This document shows positions 19,933-29,821 of a stretch of DNA of 64,000 nt, piece after piece. The notes beneath the pieces were generated by a model, which did no database searches, had not been told where the DNA came from, and saw nothing but the letters and a program-made list of their open reading frames with translations. A program made the position numbers and the translations under genes. The first letter of the stretch is position 1, and each line of letters opens with the position of its first letter. The DNA is from an uncultured delta proteobacterium. Its GTDB lineage: Bacteria > Desulfobacterota > Syntrophia > Syntrophales > UBA2192. Where the stretch lies: the NCBI GenBank assembly GCA_963705165.1, contig CAVPJD010000020.1:1-64000 (forward strand). Reading direction: 5' to 3'.

Positions 19933-20657
19933 CAGTCTTCCTCCTCGTCATCCTCTTGATCTTTGACCTTGATCGTCTCGGCTTGATCTTCGACCTTCTT
20001 CTCGAAGTCGCCCAGCTTCCTGAGCATCCGGTCGAACTCGTTCTCGTCGAGGTCCTCGTCTCCCTGTCCGTCGTATGCGGCCGCCGCCGCGCCCCCGAGC
20101 AGCGCGAAGGCCCCGATCAGTTTTCCGTTCCTGAAGGTTGCCCGCTCCAGGATCTGCCCGTTGCGGTCATGGGCCACGTAGGACCCTTCCCGCTTGTCAT
20201 TGCGAAAACTCCCTTTCTCCCGGATCTGCCCGTCCCGGTAGTAGGAGACGTAATCCCCGTCGAATTTCCCGTCCTGGAAGCTTTCCTGTTCCTTCAGCTG
20301 GCCGTTGCGGTAATAGAGGAGGTACTCGCCCTCGAGTTTTCCGTCCCGGTTGTAATTCTCCTTCTCCCGAAGCTGCCCCGTCTCATAGTAGGAGGTGTAC
20401 TCGCCGACGAGCCTGTCCTTCTCGAAGGTGCACTTTTCCCGGATCTTGCCGTCGCGGTAATGGGAGACCGCCTCCCCATGCCTCTGCCCGTCCTTGTAGG
20501 ACATCCTCACGATGAGCTGTCCGTTCTCGTAATACGATTCGTACGTGCCGTTGAGCTTCCCTCCGAGGCTGTTGCGCTTTTCCCGGAGCTGCCCCTTTCC
20601 ATAGCGGGAGACATGCTCCCCATCCTTTCTTTTCGGGGCAAAGAGATCCCAGTTCAT
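19932..20657 (-). CDS. MORN-variant repeat protein (YwqK-like) with acidic C-terminal tail
   Basis: About 7 repeats of G.Y..YY.NGQL.E..F.DG; C-terminus DQEDDEEED; 1-nt overlap with usp. Confidence 0.8.
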   Translation of the reverse strand: MNWDLFAPKRKDGEHVSRYGKGQLREKRNSLGGKLNGTYESYYENGQLIVRMSYKDGQRHGEAVSHYRDGKIREKCTFEKDRLVGEYTSYYETGQLREKENYNRDGKLEGEYLLYYRNGQLKEQESFQDGKFDGDYVSYYRDGQIREKGSFRNDKREGSYVAHDRNGQILERATFRNGKLIGAFALLGGAAAAAYDGQGDEDLDENEFDRMLRKLGDFEKKVEDQAETIKVKDQEDDEEED

Positions 20658-20721
20658 GGATACCCGGTTCTTTTTCGTTGAGGATTTAAAATAGGGTCGG
20701 ATGCGAGACGCCGTTGAACGC

Positions 20722-20823
20722 AGAGGGTAAGAAGGTTTGAGGGTAAGAAGGTCGGAAAGTCTGAGAGCGTACGTTTGACTGTCGGCTTCTCCAACCTTCT
20801 CACCCTCTTACCCTCTCACCTTC
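20722..20823. repeat. Family B octamer-arm palindrome
   Basis: agagggtaagaaggtttgagggtaagaaggtcgg ... gcttctccaaccttctcaccctcttaccctctcaccttc. Confidence 0.88.
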
Positions 20824-20861
20824 GCTTTTTCCGGGATGGGCCGCCATAAGGCGCTCAGCCG

Positions 20862-22250
20862 CTACAGTCCCAGTTCCTTGCGCACCTTCTCCACCGGGAA
20901 AAAGATTGCGTCCGGGCCCTTGAGTCCCCTGCGCAGGGCGCGCTCGTTTTGGTTCTCGAAATCCTTCAGAAGGTCGATCAACCGTCTTTTCCCCTCGGGG
21001 GTCTTGACGGCTTCCCGCGGGGTGATGTTGCCGATGGCCGCGATTTTCTCGTCGATCCAGTTGTCGAACGGACGCAAGGCCGTCTCCCGGCTCATCGCAC
21101 CCCCTTCACCGGAATCGGGAGATCCTTCCGACGGAGCTTTTTCGGCCCGCTTCTCGACGCTCTTGTGGATCGTCGTCCTGTAGGTGATGATCGTACCGAA
21201 CATCTTTTCGAGGATGGCGCGCAGGGTTTCCGCCCGCTTTGCCGACGAACACTGGGCCACGAGGGAATCCCGCTTGAGGAAGAGGATGCCCGGGGCATTT
21301 TTGAGAGGCCCCTTCATCCCTTCCTTGTGGAGCCAGTAGAAGCGAAGCACCTTCGCCGGCGCGCTCGCTCCCGGTTTCCGCAACTCGGAAGCCTTGAAGA
21401 CCGGCGACTTTTCGATGGTCTTCAGAAAGGCGTCGCAGTCCCCCACCCGGAAGAGGAGGCTGGTCTGGGAACATTTGTCCGCCTCGGGGTCGGCGGGTGT
21501 CTCAGGCCGCTCGGCGCTGCGGACGGCGTTCTCGACGAGGGCACAGATCTCCGCAGAGGCCCGTTTCATGTAGTCGCGAAAATTCCGGTAGTTCTCCCGC
21601 TCCTCGTGGTAGATTTCATTGAGGTTCTGCTCGGTGAAACCCCGGAGCCTCTGGGGGATGATGGTGAGCGGCATGCCGCCCAGGAGGTGATGCCCGAGGA
21701 TCTCGATGAGACCGCCATAAAACAGATCCCACTTACAGAGAGTCTTCGCGGCGGCCGGGTCGACAATGCTGCAGGCCCGGTCGGCAAAGATATCCCGGAC
21801 CTCGACGCCCTTGCCCGGATCGACACTTTGGACCTCGTAGACGCTCAGCACGGAGCGGGCATAACTCTGCAGAATCTCACGCTCCAGCGCGGAGAGCTGA
21901 TTCTTCCTGCGCTCCAGGTAGATCTCCGGAAAGGTTTTGTCGTACTCGTCGGTGACGAAGTGCAGCGAGTACCACGTGAGGAACTTGGAGAACTCTTCCT
22001 CGCTCTGGAAATTGTCGTAAAGCTCGTCTTCGTCTTCGCCGTAAACGCCGCGCCCCTCGAAATACTCGTAAAGGGCGAGTTCGTATTCCTCGTAAAACCG
22101 GTCGGAATTGGAAAAACGGGCAAGCCTATAATGGAGATCGGAAATGATCTTCCTGCAGCGGGCAAGCTCGAAATCGATGATCTGGGCCGCCCGGTTCTCG
22201 GTAGAGCTGCCCTGCCCGGCGGAAGAACCGCCGCGATCAACCGTTGACAT
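20862..22250 (-). CDS. Conserved hypothetical protein; C-terminus resembles Xre/MbcA/ParS-type antitoxin C-terminal domain
   Basis: 462-aa ORF with GGAGG RBS; SVYEVQSVDPGKGVEVRDIF; WIDEKIAAIGNITPREAVKTPEGKRRLIDLLK. Confidence 0.7.
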   Translation of the reverse strand: MSTVDRGGSSAGQGSSTENRAAQIIDFELARCRKIISDLHYRLARFSNSDRFYEEYELALYEYFEGRGVYGEDEDELYDNFQSEEEFSKFLTWYSLHFVTDEYDKTFPEIYLERRKNQLSALEREILQSYARSVLSVYEVQSVDPGKGVEVRDIFADRACSIVDPAAAKTLCKWDLFYGGLIEILGHHLLGGMPLTIIPQRLRGFTEQNLNEIYHEERENYRNFRDYMKRASAEICALVENAVRSAERPETPADPEADKCSQTSLLFRVGDCDAFLKTIEKSPVFKASELRKPGASAPAKVLRFYWLHKEGMKGPLKNAPGILFLKRDSLVAQCSSAKRAETLRAILEKMFGTIITYRTTIHKSVEKRAEKAPSEGSPDSGEGGAMSRETALRPFDNWIDEKIAAIGNITPREAVKTPEGKRRLIDLLKDFENQNERALRRGLKGPDAIFFPVEKVRKELGL

Positions 22251-22510
22251 TTTTTAGTAACCTCCTGTCCAAGTGGAAGATAAAGCCTTTGAGTTACAGG
22301 CTGTTGAAAATCTCAGCCTGAATAGAAGGACTCCAACAAGCCTTCCATAAATAATATAAGGCTTTACATCCTGATATGACAGACCCCCTTTCGTGTTTGC
22401 TACATATCATGGATGCTGAAGATTATCCCATTTCGAGGGGCCTGTCGAGAAAAAAAAGATGGGTCATTTATTATAAAAAAACAGGTGGTTAGAGCATCGA
22501 AAAGGGTCTG

Positions 22511-22519
22511 TTATCCACA
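22511..22519 (+). promoter_or_regulatory. Perfect DnaA-box sequence
   Basis: TTATCCACA in an AT-rich intergenic region. Confidence 0.4.
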
Positions 22520-22544
22520 ATTCCGCGCCTGAGAATCAACCGGC

Positions 22545-22577
22545 AAAAAAAGAGAGGATCAGGTCTGCCCGGTCCTC
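22545..22577 (-). terminator. Intrinsic terminator downstream of the 27-aa small ORF
   Basis: Minus strand gaggaccggg-caga-cctgatcctc-tcttttttt. Confidence 0.65.
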
Positions 22578-22623
22578 CACCTTTTCGAAGCGATTTGTCG
22601 GGACGTTCGCGTTCGCAGGGTAT

Positions 22624-22707
22624 CTACGAGAGGGCTGTGTGGGTCACGGAAAACAGAAGAACCGCCATGAGCATCAGCCAGGAAAACCAGTAAATCGCCT
22701 TTCTCAT
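22624..22707 (-). CDS. Small hydrophobic peptide MRKAIYWFSWLMLMAVLLFSVTHTALS (27 aa)
   Basis: AAAGGAG RBS 7 nt before ATG, one TM-like segment, followed by a terminator; below the ORF-track cutoff. Confidence 0.55.
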   Translation of the reverse strand: MRKAIYWFSWLMLMAVLLFSVTHTALS

Positions 22708-22876
22708 TCCAGGACTCCTTTCTGTCGCAGTTGGGCGTTCCGGCCTCTTGCGAACCGCCGGGAAAGGGAAGTTCGTCCTCCCATAGATCGGATTTATGCG
22801 GCAAATCTTGAGGAGCCAGGCCTGATGGAATGAATCCGGTCTCCGTGACCGGCGACGATCATCGGGACGAACTCTG

Positions 22877-23440
22877 CTACTTCGTCGCCTCGATGAGCAT
22901 AAGCGGGGGGACGCTCATGATGGCATACCCTGTACTGACGATACGGAAGATCTCCTGGAGGGGTACCCTCAGGTGGCCGGGGGGCTGGTAGAAGGTCTGA
23001 TAGGCGATAAACCGCCCGCCCGGTTTCAGGATGCGGTGGGTACTTTTCAGGAGTTCGACACGGGCTTTCACCGGAAGGAAGGAAAAGGGGATCCCGGAGA
23101 GGACACAGTCCGCCTGACTCGCATCACAGCGACGGACGATGTCGAGGATATTCCCGGCGCATTCGTTGAAGAGATGGAGCCTCGGGTCCCGGCAGGCTCC
23201 CTGCAGAAGGCTGAAAAAAGCCACGTTGCGTTCGATGGCGATCAGGCGGGCTTCGGGGGCCATCCGCAGCAGCAGGGCCCTGGTGATGACCCCCGTCCCC
23301 GGACCGTACTCGATTACGACCTGCGCGCCCTGCAGATCGATCTGCGAGCAGATTTTCTCCACGGCAAACCGGGATGTGGGCATGACCGAAGCCACATGCC
23401 TGTCCTGTAAAAGATTGCTGAGATAAGCGAAAGCGCTCAT
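22877..23440 (-). CDS. SAM-dependent methyltransferase, phospholipid N-methyltransferase (PmtA)-like
   Basis: VASVMPTS, VIEYGPGTGVIT, VLSGIPF, LKPGGRFIAYQ. Confidence 0.85.
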   Translation of the reverse strand: MSAFAYLSNLLQDRHVASVMPTSRFAVEKICSQIDLQGAQVVIEYGPGTGVITRALLLRMAPEARLIAIERNVAFFSLLQGACRDPRLHLFNECAGNILDIVRRCDASQADCVLSGIPFSFLPVKARVELLKSTHRILKPGGRFIAYQTFYQPPGHLRVPLQEIFRIVSTGYAIMSVPPLMLIEATK

Positions 23441-23558
23441 GATAAACCCCTGGGCGAGTAACTCCACGGCCGAATGAGTAGAGAAGGAAAAGTCCGGTGC
23501 GTTTAGTGGAGAGGCTCGTGAAATGAGGACCCGGAATCATGTCACCGGGTCTTTCCTC

Positions 23559-23587
23559 CTTGTGGCTTGTGGCCTGCGGCTTGATGC
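23559..23587 (-). repeat. Heptamer-period tract after the lipoprotein stop
   Basis: Minus strand gcatcaa gccgcag gccacaa gccacaa g. Confidence 0.55.
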
Positions 23588-23588
23588 G

Positions 23589-24035
23589 CTACTTACCCCG
23601 ATAGCGTTTGTACTTCATGTCAACACCCGTCGGGGTGGTGAGGGTCAGATCCCCCTTCGTGACGGCATAGCGCCACGTCAGGGTACTGCCATTTTTCATC
23701 GTGATCTCGAGTTGATCCCTGTCGAGAATGCGGTAGCTCCCCGGGTAGACGACCCTCTCCACGGCACTGTACAAGTTGACCGTGTCGTCACCAAGAAACT
23801 CGATCGTGTCGTCTCCCTGGGCCTGACGCTTCCATTTGCCGAGCAGCATCTCCTTCGCCTCGGCCCGGATCGTCTCCGACTCATCGGGGACGGGTGGCAG
23901 AGAGGGTGCGGCCGTTTCCGGTTGCTGTGAGGGCTCCTGGGGTTTTACGGCCCCCTCCTGCAGGATGCCGGCACAGCCCAAAAGGGCAAACAGCAAAAAC
24001 AGGCCGATGATACCGCAGAAAGATGATTTCTTCAT
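23589..24035 (-). CDS. Hypothetical lipoprotein
   Basis: MKK + hydrophobic stretch + LLGC lipobox; LLGKW beta-barrel-like start. Confidence 0.75.
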   Translation of the reverse strand: MKKSSFCGIIGLFLLFALLGCAGILQEGAVKPQEPSQQPETAAPSLPPVPDESETIRAEAKEMLLGKWKRQAQGDDTIEFLGDDTVNLYSAVERVVYPGSYRILDRDQLEITMKNGSTLTWRYAVTKGDLTLTTPTGVDMKYKRYRGK

Positions 24036-24092
24036 GTTTTTCCGTTCCCCCCTCCGAGCGTCCCCGTTTGCGCACAGAGCGGTCGTTATATC

Positions 24093-25400
24093 TCACGTCC
24101 CGGGACGTTCCGCAAGATGGAACTCATCGTAGCGGTCGATGAGGCGGTTGAGGTAGCGCGATCTCATCTGTCTGGATGCGAGGGCCCGCTTCATCGGGGG
24201 CAGTTTCAGGATGGCCCCCAGGATGGATGCCATGGCCCGGTGGCTCCGGAGGGCCTGGGTGTCGAAAATCAGGTTCTGGAGCTTGTCACGCTCGACGGCC
24301 ATGAGAAGAAGCCGGCGCGCCGAGTCGAGTGGCGTGATCACCCTTTCGGGGCGGCTTGTCAGGGTCATCGCGCCCGCCTTGCAGTTCCGGACGCAGACGC
24401 CGCACCCCAGGCAGGCGTCCTCGTCGACGCGGGCCTTCTTCTTCGTGCGCTTGCGCGGATCCGCGGCGGAGATCAGGGAAACGGCCCCGATGGGGCAGAC
24501 GCCTGCGCATTGGCCGCACCCCGTGCATTTCCCCTCGTCCAGGTTGGGCAGGTAATTCGTCGTGTGGACGGGGTGCAGGTGCGCAAACTTCCGGGCGGCG
24601 ATCATGGCCTCGCAGCAGCAGCCGCAGCAATTGCAGATGAAGCTCACCTGTCGCTGCACGTTTTCGCCGAACTGGACGAGGTTGTTCTCGTAGGCCCGCT
24701 CCAGATGGCCCATGCACTCCGATGCCGTCACGGGTCGCACGATCCCGTGGCGGATGAGCGAGTCCGCAGCCCTGTTGAAGGTCATGCAGATGTCCATGGG
24801 GGCCTCGCAGGCGCGCCCCACATGACCCATCTTGTGGCGGCAGTAGCACATGGCGATCCCGATGTGAGAGGCCGTTTGGATGATGTGGCTTGCCCGCTCG
24901 TAGTCCAGGACGTGGATTCCGCTGTCTGGCGCAAGGGCGGGCTCATGGACGAGGGCGCGGCCCAGCTGGGTTTCGCCGGCCACGAAGAGGGCCTTGATGA
25001 AATCCTCCTCCACGTTGATGTACTGGTAGTAGAGTTCGCTCAGGGCCTTCTGGTCGAGATCGGCCCGCAGGCGCATCAGCGAAAATTCGAAGAAGCCCGC
25101 CATCGGCGGCGGCATGATATAGATGCGGTTGCCGTTCTCTTCGATGTCCAGGAGGATGCCCCGATCGGCAAGCCCGTCCAGGATGCCTTCGGCCTCACGT
25201 TCCCCCACGTTCCATACCGCAGCGGCCTTGCGGGCATCGAAAGGACGGATGGGCAGCTGAGAGACGAGCCCCGCTTCCTTTTCCGAGAAGAGCATCTTGA
25301 GGATCCCGTAGAGGAGCTCCGAGGGCGGGGCGCCCTGTGGAAACAGGTTGATGCGCTCCGTGAGGCGCTGGTAGGCGTTCTTGAGGTGCTGATGGGCCAT
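24093..25400 (-). CDS. 4Fe-4S dicluster-domain protein
   Basis: CYCRH, ICNCCGCCC, CTGCGQCAGVCP, CLGCGVCVRNC; ATG 25400 after GGAGGTGG. Confidence 0.88.
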   Translation of the reverse strand: MAHQHLKNAYQRLTERINLFPQGAPPSELLYGILKMLFSEKEAGLVSQLPIRPFDARKAAAVWNVGEREAEGILDGLADRGILLDIEENGNRIYIMPPPMAGFFEFSLMRLRADLDQKALSELYYQYINVEEDFIKALFVAGETQLGRALVHEPALAPDSGIHVLDYERASHIIQTASHIGIAMCYCRHKMGHVGRACEAPMDICMTFNRAADSLIRHGIVRPVTASECMGHLERAYENNLVQFGENVQRQVSFICNCCGCCCEAMIAARKFAHLHPVHTTNYLPNLDEGKCTGCGQCAGVCPIGAVSLISAADPRKRTKKKARVDEDACLGCGVCVRNCKAGAMTLTSRPERVITPLDSARRLLLMAVERDKLQNLIFDTQALRSHRAMASILGAILKLPPMKRALASRQMRSRYLNRLIDRYDEFHLAERPGT

Positions 25401-25691
25401 GGCCGGAATCCACCTCCAGTCAAATTGTCGGATAACTTGACAACAGTTTACCAGAAAGGGTGGCCCGCTGGCAACCCCCGGTCCGTAAGCCAACGACCGT
25501 TGACCGGACGGTAAGAAGGTCCGAGTTAAGCTTGGATCAGGCTGCGAAGATTGGAGCATCGGAATGAGGAAGAGCGGATAATACACGATTCATCCAGCCC
25601 TCTTCTGCCCTCAAGCGCCTCTCACCTTCCTGTTGTTGCAGGTCGCCTTTCACCCGGCTCCTGTCGGACAGCCGGAGACAGGCAAGAACGG

Positions 25692-25720
25692 TTGACAGCA
25701 CCCCCCTTTCCCGATATGAG
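25692..25720 (+). promoter_or_regulatory. Sigma70-like promoter of hrpA
   Basis: TTGACA-N17-TATGAG. Confidence 0.5.
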
Positions 25721-25741
25721 GGCTTCAACGCAGAAACGGGG

Positions 25742-28700
25742 ATGAAACGCTTGCCATCGTCAGCGGAACTATTAAAGCGCCTCCGGGCAAAGTTCCACAC
25801 CGCCATGCGGGCCGACCGGGTCGGTCTGCTGCGCGAGATGGGAAAGCTGCAGGGGATGAGGAAGCCCGAGGAGCTCGCCCAGGGGATCGCACGGCTGGAA
25901 AAGAAGCTCGCCGTCGCCGCCGCGAAGAAGGAGAGGCGCAGAAACGCTCTGCCACGCATCAGCATCCCCGAAGCCCTGCCGATTGCGGCGAGGCGGGCCG
26001 ACATCGTCGATGCGATCCGCAAAAACCCCGTCGTCATCATCACGGGGGAGACGGGTTCGGGAAAGACGACGCAGATCCCCAAGATGTGCCTCGAGGCGGG
26101 CCGCGGTGTCGACGGAAGGATCGGCTGTACCCAGCCCCGGAGGATCGCCGCCGTCACGGTGAGCCAGCGCATCGCCGAGGAGATGGGCGAGGATCCCGGC
26201 CGGTCGGTGGGCTACAAGATCCGTTTCGAGGATCGCACCTCCGCCGATGCCTTCATCAAAATCATGACGGACGGCATCCTCCTCATGGAGGCCCAGGCCG
26301 ACCCCTTCCTCAACGAGTACGACACGATCATCGTCGACGAGGCCCACGAGCGCAGCCTCAACATCGACTTCGTCCTGGGGATCCTGAAAAATCTCCTTCG
26401 AAAGCGCAGGGATCTCAAGGTCGTCATCACCTCCGCCACGATCGACACGGAGAAGTTCTCCGCCGCCTTCGGGGGGGCCCCCATCCTCGAGGTCTCGGGC
26501 CGCATGTACCCCGTGGACATCCGCTACGAACCCCTGGAGGAGGCCCTGGAGGAGCGCGAGGAGATTACCCATGTCGAGGCCGCAGTGAGGGCCGTCGACG
26601 GGATCATCGACGCGGACGAGGGCGGCGACATCCTCGTCTTCATGCCCACGGAGCAGGACATCCGCGAGGCCTGCGATCTGCTCGAGGGGCGGGAACACCG
26701 TGGGGTGAAGACCCTGCCCATGTTCGCGCGGCTTTCCTCGCAGGACCAGCGTCGTGTCTTTTTCCCGATGCGGGAGCGCAAGATCGTCGTGGCCACCAAC
26801 GTCGCCGAGACCTCCATCACCATCCCCGGCATCCGCTTCGTCATCGACACGGGGCTTGCCCGGATCTCCTACTACAACCCCAGGACGAGGACCTCGAGCC
26901 TTCCCGTCCGTCCCGTTTCCCGAAGCAGCGCCGACCAGCGGGCGGGCCGATGCGGGCGCGTGGAGCACGGCGTGTGCATCCGCCTCTATTCAAGGGAGGA
27001 CTACGAGAGCCGGGCGCCCTACACGGCCCCCGAGATCCTGCGCTCCAACCTGGCCGAGGTCATCCTGAGGATGCTCGCCCTGCGGATCGACAACCCCGCC
27101 GCCTTCCCCTTCGTCGATCCGCCGGCGCCCAAGAACATCCGCGGGGGTTACGACATCCTCGAGGAACTCGGCGCCATCGAGCTGGAAAACGGGGAGGATG
27201 GGGCCGGGCGTTACCGCCTCACGGCCCGGGGCCGCAGGATGGCCCGCCTGCCCCTCGACCCCCGGATTTCCCGTATGATCCTCGAGGCCGAAACGGAAGG
27301 TTGCCTGGGGGAGATCCTCGTCATCGCGGCGGCGCTCAGCACCCAGGACCCGCGGGAGCGGCCTGCCGGGAAGGCGAAGGAAGCCGACGGGGCCCAGGCT
27401 CTCTTCGTCAACCCTTCCTCGGATTTTCTCACCCTGATCAATATCTGGGAGCGCTTCCACGAAAACGGCCCCGGCGCAAAATCCCCGGGCCGCCTCCGAA
27501 AATACTGCCGCGACCACTTCCTTTCCTTTCGCCGGATGAAGGAGTGGCGGGACGTCCATGGCCAGCTCCGGGAGATTGTCGAGGAGGAGGCCCCCCTGCC
27601 CGGGGAGAAGCACCCCGCAAAGAAACAGGGGGGCGATCCCCAGGCCTGGTACGGCCGGATTCACCGCTCGGTGCTGAGCGGCTACCTTTCGAACATCGCC
27701 GTGAAGAAGGAGAAAAACACCTACGGCGCCACGGGCGGCCGCCAGGTCGTGGTCTTCCCCGGCTCGGGTCTCTACAACCGCGGCGGCGACTGGATCGTGG
27801 CAGCGGAGCTCGTGGAGACGACACAGCTCTTTGCCCGCACGGCCGCCAACATCGACAGGGAGTGGCTCGAGGTCCTGGGCGGAAGCCTCTGCCGCTCGAT
27901 TTACCTCAATCCCCGCTGGGACCGAAAACGCGGCGAGGTGACGGCCCTCGAGCGGGTGAGCCTCTACGGGCTCGTGATCGTCGAGGAAAGGCGTGCCTCC
28001 TACGGCCGCATCGATCCGCAGCAGGCTACCGAAATCTTCATCCGCGAGGCCCTCGTGCCGGCAGAGATGGAGCGGCCCCTGCCTTTTCTCGCCCACAACC
28101 GCGACCTCATCGAACGCATCCGGGATATGGAGAACAGGCTCCGCAGGCGGACGTTTTTGACCACGGACGACGTCCTGGCCGGCTTCTACGAGGAGCGGCT
28201 CCAGGACGTCTACGACGTCCGGACCCTCCAGAGAATGGTCAGAGACCGGGGGAGCGATTCGTTTCTGCGAATGACCGAGGAGGACGTTCTCCGTCAGGCC
28301 CCGGACCCGGCGGAGCTTTCCCTTTACCCGGACACCGTTTCCTCGGGCAGGCTTGCGCTACCGCTTTCCTACCGGTTCCGCCCGGGAGAAACCGACGACG
28401 GGGTTACCCTGAAGCTCCCGGCAAGCGCGCTCACGCGCCTGCGGCCCGAGGCCGTCGAGTGGGCCGTCCCGGGGCTCTTGCAGGAACGGGTCACGGCGCT
28501 GGTCAAGGCCCTGCCCCGCGACATCCGCAGGCACCTCATTCCCATCCCGCAGTCGGTGGAAACGCTCCTGCGGGAGATGAAGCGCGGCGAGGGGTCGCTG
28601 CCCGCGGCCCTCTCGGAGTGCCTGAAGCGCAAGTTCTGGCTGGACGTCCCCCTTGCGGCCTGGGACCTGGGGGGGCTGCCCGATCACCTCAAGCTCCGCT

Positions 28701-29719
28701 ACGCCGTCGTGGACCCGAAGGGCAAAGAACTCCGCTCGACCCGCGACCTCGAATCCCTGAGAAAGGACCGTCTCGAAGAGGAGGAATCACGGGCCTTCAG
28801 CCGGGCCAGGGCAGCCTGGGAGAGGACAGGGATCGTCCGCTGGGAGTTTCCCGATCTCCCCGAGGAGATCCCCGAGGAAATCCGGCTGGACGCGGAAAAC
28901 GTCCTCGAGGGAGTCGCCTGCCCGGCTCTCGTCCCCGCCGGCGAGGCCGTCGACCTTCGGCTCATGCGAAACCGCAGGGAGGCCGACAAATCCCACCGGG
29001 CTGGCGTAAAGATGCTCCTGGCCCTTCACTTCCGAAAAGATCTGGAGCTCGCCCGCCGTTACCTTGCTCTCCGGGGAGAGATGAAGGTCTGGTCCGCCTA
29101 TTTCGGCGGGACGAAGGCGCTGGAGGAGGCCCTCTTCCAGGGCCTTGTCCGCCGTCACCTGGAAAAGGACATCCGGACCCGGCAGGAATTCGAAGAGTAC
29201 GCCCGCTTGCTCGGGCCGACTCTCCTCAAGGCGCCGCAGGAACTTCTCGGGGAGGTGGAATCCGTTCTTCGCGCTCATCACGAGACGCGCCAGGCCCTGG
29301 CGGGCATCGAAGCGGCAAACCTCACGAACCGCACGGTTCTCAACTTCCTCGAGGAGATGCGCACCGAGCTTCAGCGGCTCCTGCCCCTGTCTTTTCTTGA
29401 AATCTACGACCGGGAGCGCCTCCCCCAGGTGATCCGTTACCTCAAGGCGCTCCAGGTCCGTGCCGAGAGGGGCGCCGTGCACATCGACAAGGACCTGGGC
29501 CGTCTCGCCGAGATCCGCCCCTACGAGGATAAACTGGAGGAGTTCCGGAAAGGCATCGCCCCGTCCGCGCCGGAGCAGAGGCTCCGGGCCATCGACGAGT
29601 ACCGGTGGATGGTGGAGGAGTACCGGGTGTCGCTCTTTGCCCAGGGGCTGAAGACCCCCTACCCCGTTTCGCCGAAACGACTGCAGGAGAAGATCCGCGA
29701 GATCGAAGGACTGGCGTAA
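25742..29719 (+). CDS. hrpA: ATP-dependent RNA helicase HrpA
   Basis: GETGSGKTTQ, TQPRRIAA, DEAHERS, SAT, QRAGRCGR, C-terminal RWMVEEYRVSLFAQ. Confidence 0.96.
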   Translation: MKRLPSSAELLKRLRAKFHTAMRADRVGLLREMGKLQGMRKPEELAQGIARLEKKLAVAAAKKERRRNALPRISIPEALPIAARRADIVDAIRKNPVVIITGETGSGKTTQIPKMCLEAGRGVDGRIGCTQPRRIAAVTVSQRIAEEMGEDPGRSVGYKIRFEDRTSADAFIKIMTDGILLMEAQADPFLNEYDTIIVDEAHERSLNIDFVLGILKNLLRKRRDLKVVITSATIDTEKFSAAFGGAPILEVSGRMYPVDIRYEPLEEALEEREEITHVEAAVRAVDGIIDADEGGDILVFMPTEQDIREACDLLEGREHRGVKTLPMFARLSSQDQRRVFFPMRERKIVVATNVAETSITIPGIRFVIDTGLARISYYNPRTRTSSLPVRPVSRSSADQRAGRCGRVEHGVCIRLYSREDYESRAPYTAPEILRSNLAEVILRMLALRIDNPAAFPFVDPPAPKNIRGGYDILEELGAIELENGEDGAGRYRLTARGRRMARLPLDPRISRMILEAETEGCLGEILVIAAALSTQDPRERPAGKAKEADGAQALFVNPSSDFLTLINIWERFHENGPGAKSPGRLRKYCRDHFLSFRRMKEWRDVHGQLREIVEEEAPLPGEKHPAKKQGGDPQAWYGRIHRSVLSGYLSNIAVKKEKNTYGATGGRQVVVFPGSGLYNRGGDWIVAAELVETTQLFARTAANIDREWLEVLGGSLCRSIYLNPRWDRKRGEVTALERVSLYGLVIVEERRASYGRIDPQQATEIFIREALVPAEMERPLPFLAHNRDLIERIRDMENRLRRRTFLTTDDVLAGFYEERLQDVYDVRTLQRMVRDRGSDSFLRMTEEDVLRQAPDPAELSLYPDTVSSGRLALPLSYRFRPGETDDGVTLKLPASALTRLRPEAVEWAVPGLLQERVTALVKALPRDIRRHLIPIPQSVETLLREMKRGEGSLPAALSECLKRKFWLDVPLAAWDLGGLPDHLKLRYAVVDPKGKELRSTRDLESLRKDRLEEEESRAFSRARAAWERTGIVRWEFPDLPEEIPEEIRLDAENVLEGVACPALVPAGEAVDLRLMRNRREADKSHRAGVKMLLALHFRKDLELARRYLALRGEMKVWSAYFGGTKALEEALFQGLVRRHLEKDIRTRQEFEEYARLLGPTLLKAPQELLGEVESVLRAHHETRQALAGIEAANLTNRTVLNFLEEMRTELQRLLPLSFLEIYDRERLPQVIRYLKALQVRAERGAVHIDKDLGRLAEIRPYEDKLEEFRKGIAPSAPEQRLRAIDEYRWMVEEYRVSLFAQGLKTPYPVSPKRLQEKIREIEGLA

Positions 29720-29821
29720 AATTTTGCTGGGATTTCGGGGGCGGATGTAATAAAGGATAGTGTTTGGAAGACTGGGTGACTCTGCATCCACTTGGGCCTC
29801 ACCCGACAAGGAAAGACATCC

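Noticed and set aside
22624..22626. Possible TAG readthrough (pyrrolysine) after the signal-like peptide
   Set aside because: The downstream frame runs through a terminator and is not protein-like; no pyl genes in view
22559..22833. ORF-track calls of 81 aa (-) and 64 aa (+) in this intergenic region
   Set aside because: No RBS or protein-like composition; the 27-aa minus-strand ORF has better signals
26086..29400. 1104-aa alternative-frame ORF inside hrpA
   Set aside because: Arg/Pro/Gly-rich shadow frame typical of high-GC coding DNA; no motifs; hrpA explains the region
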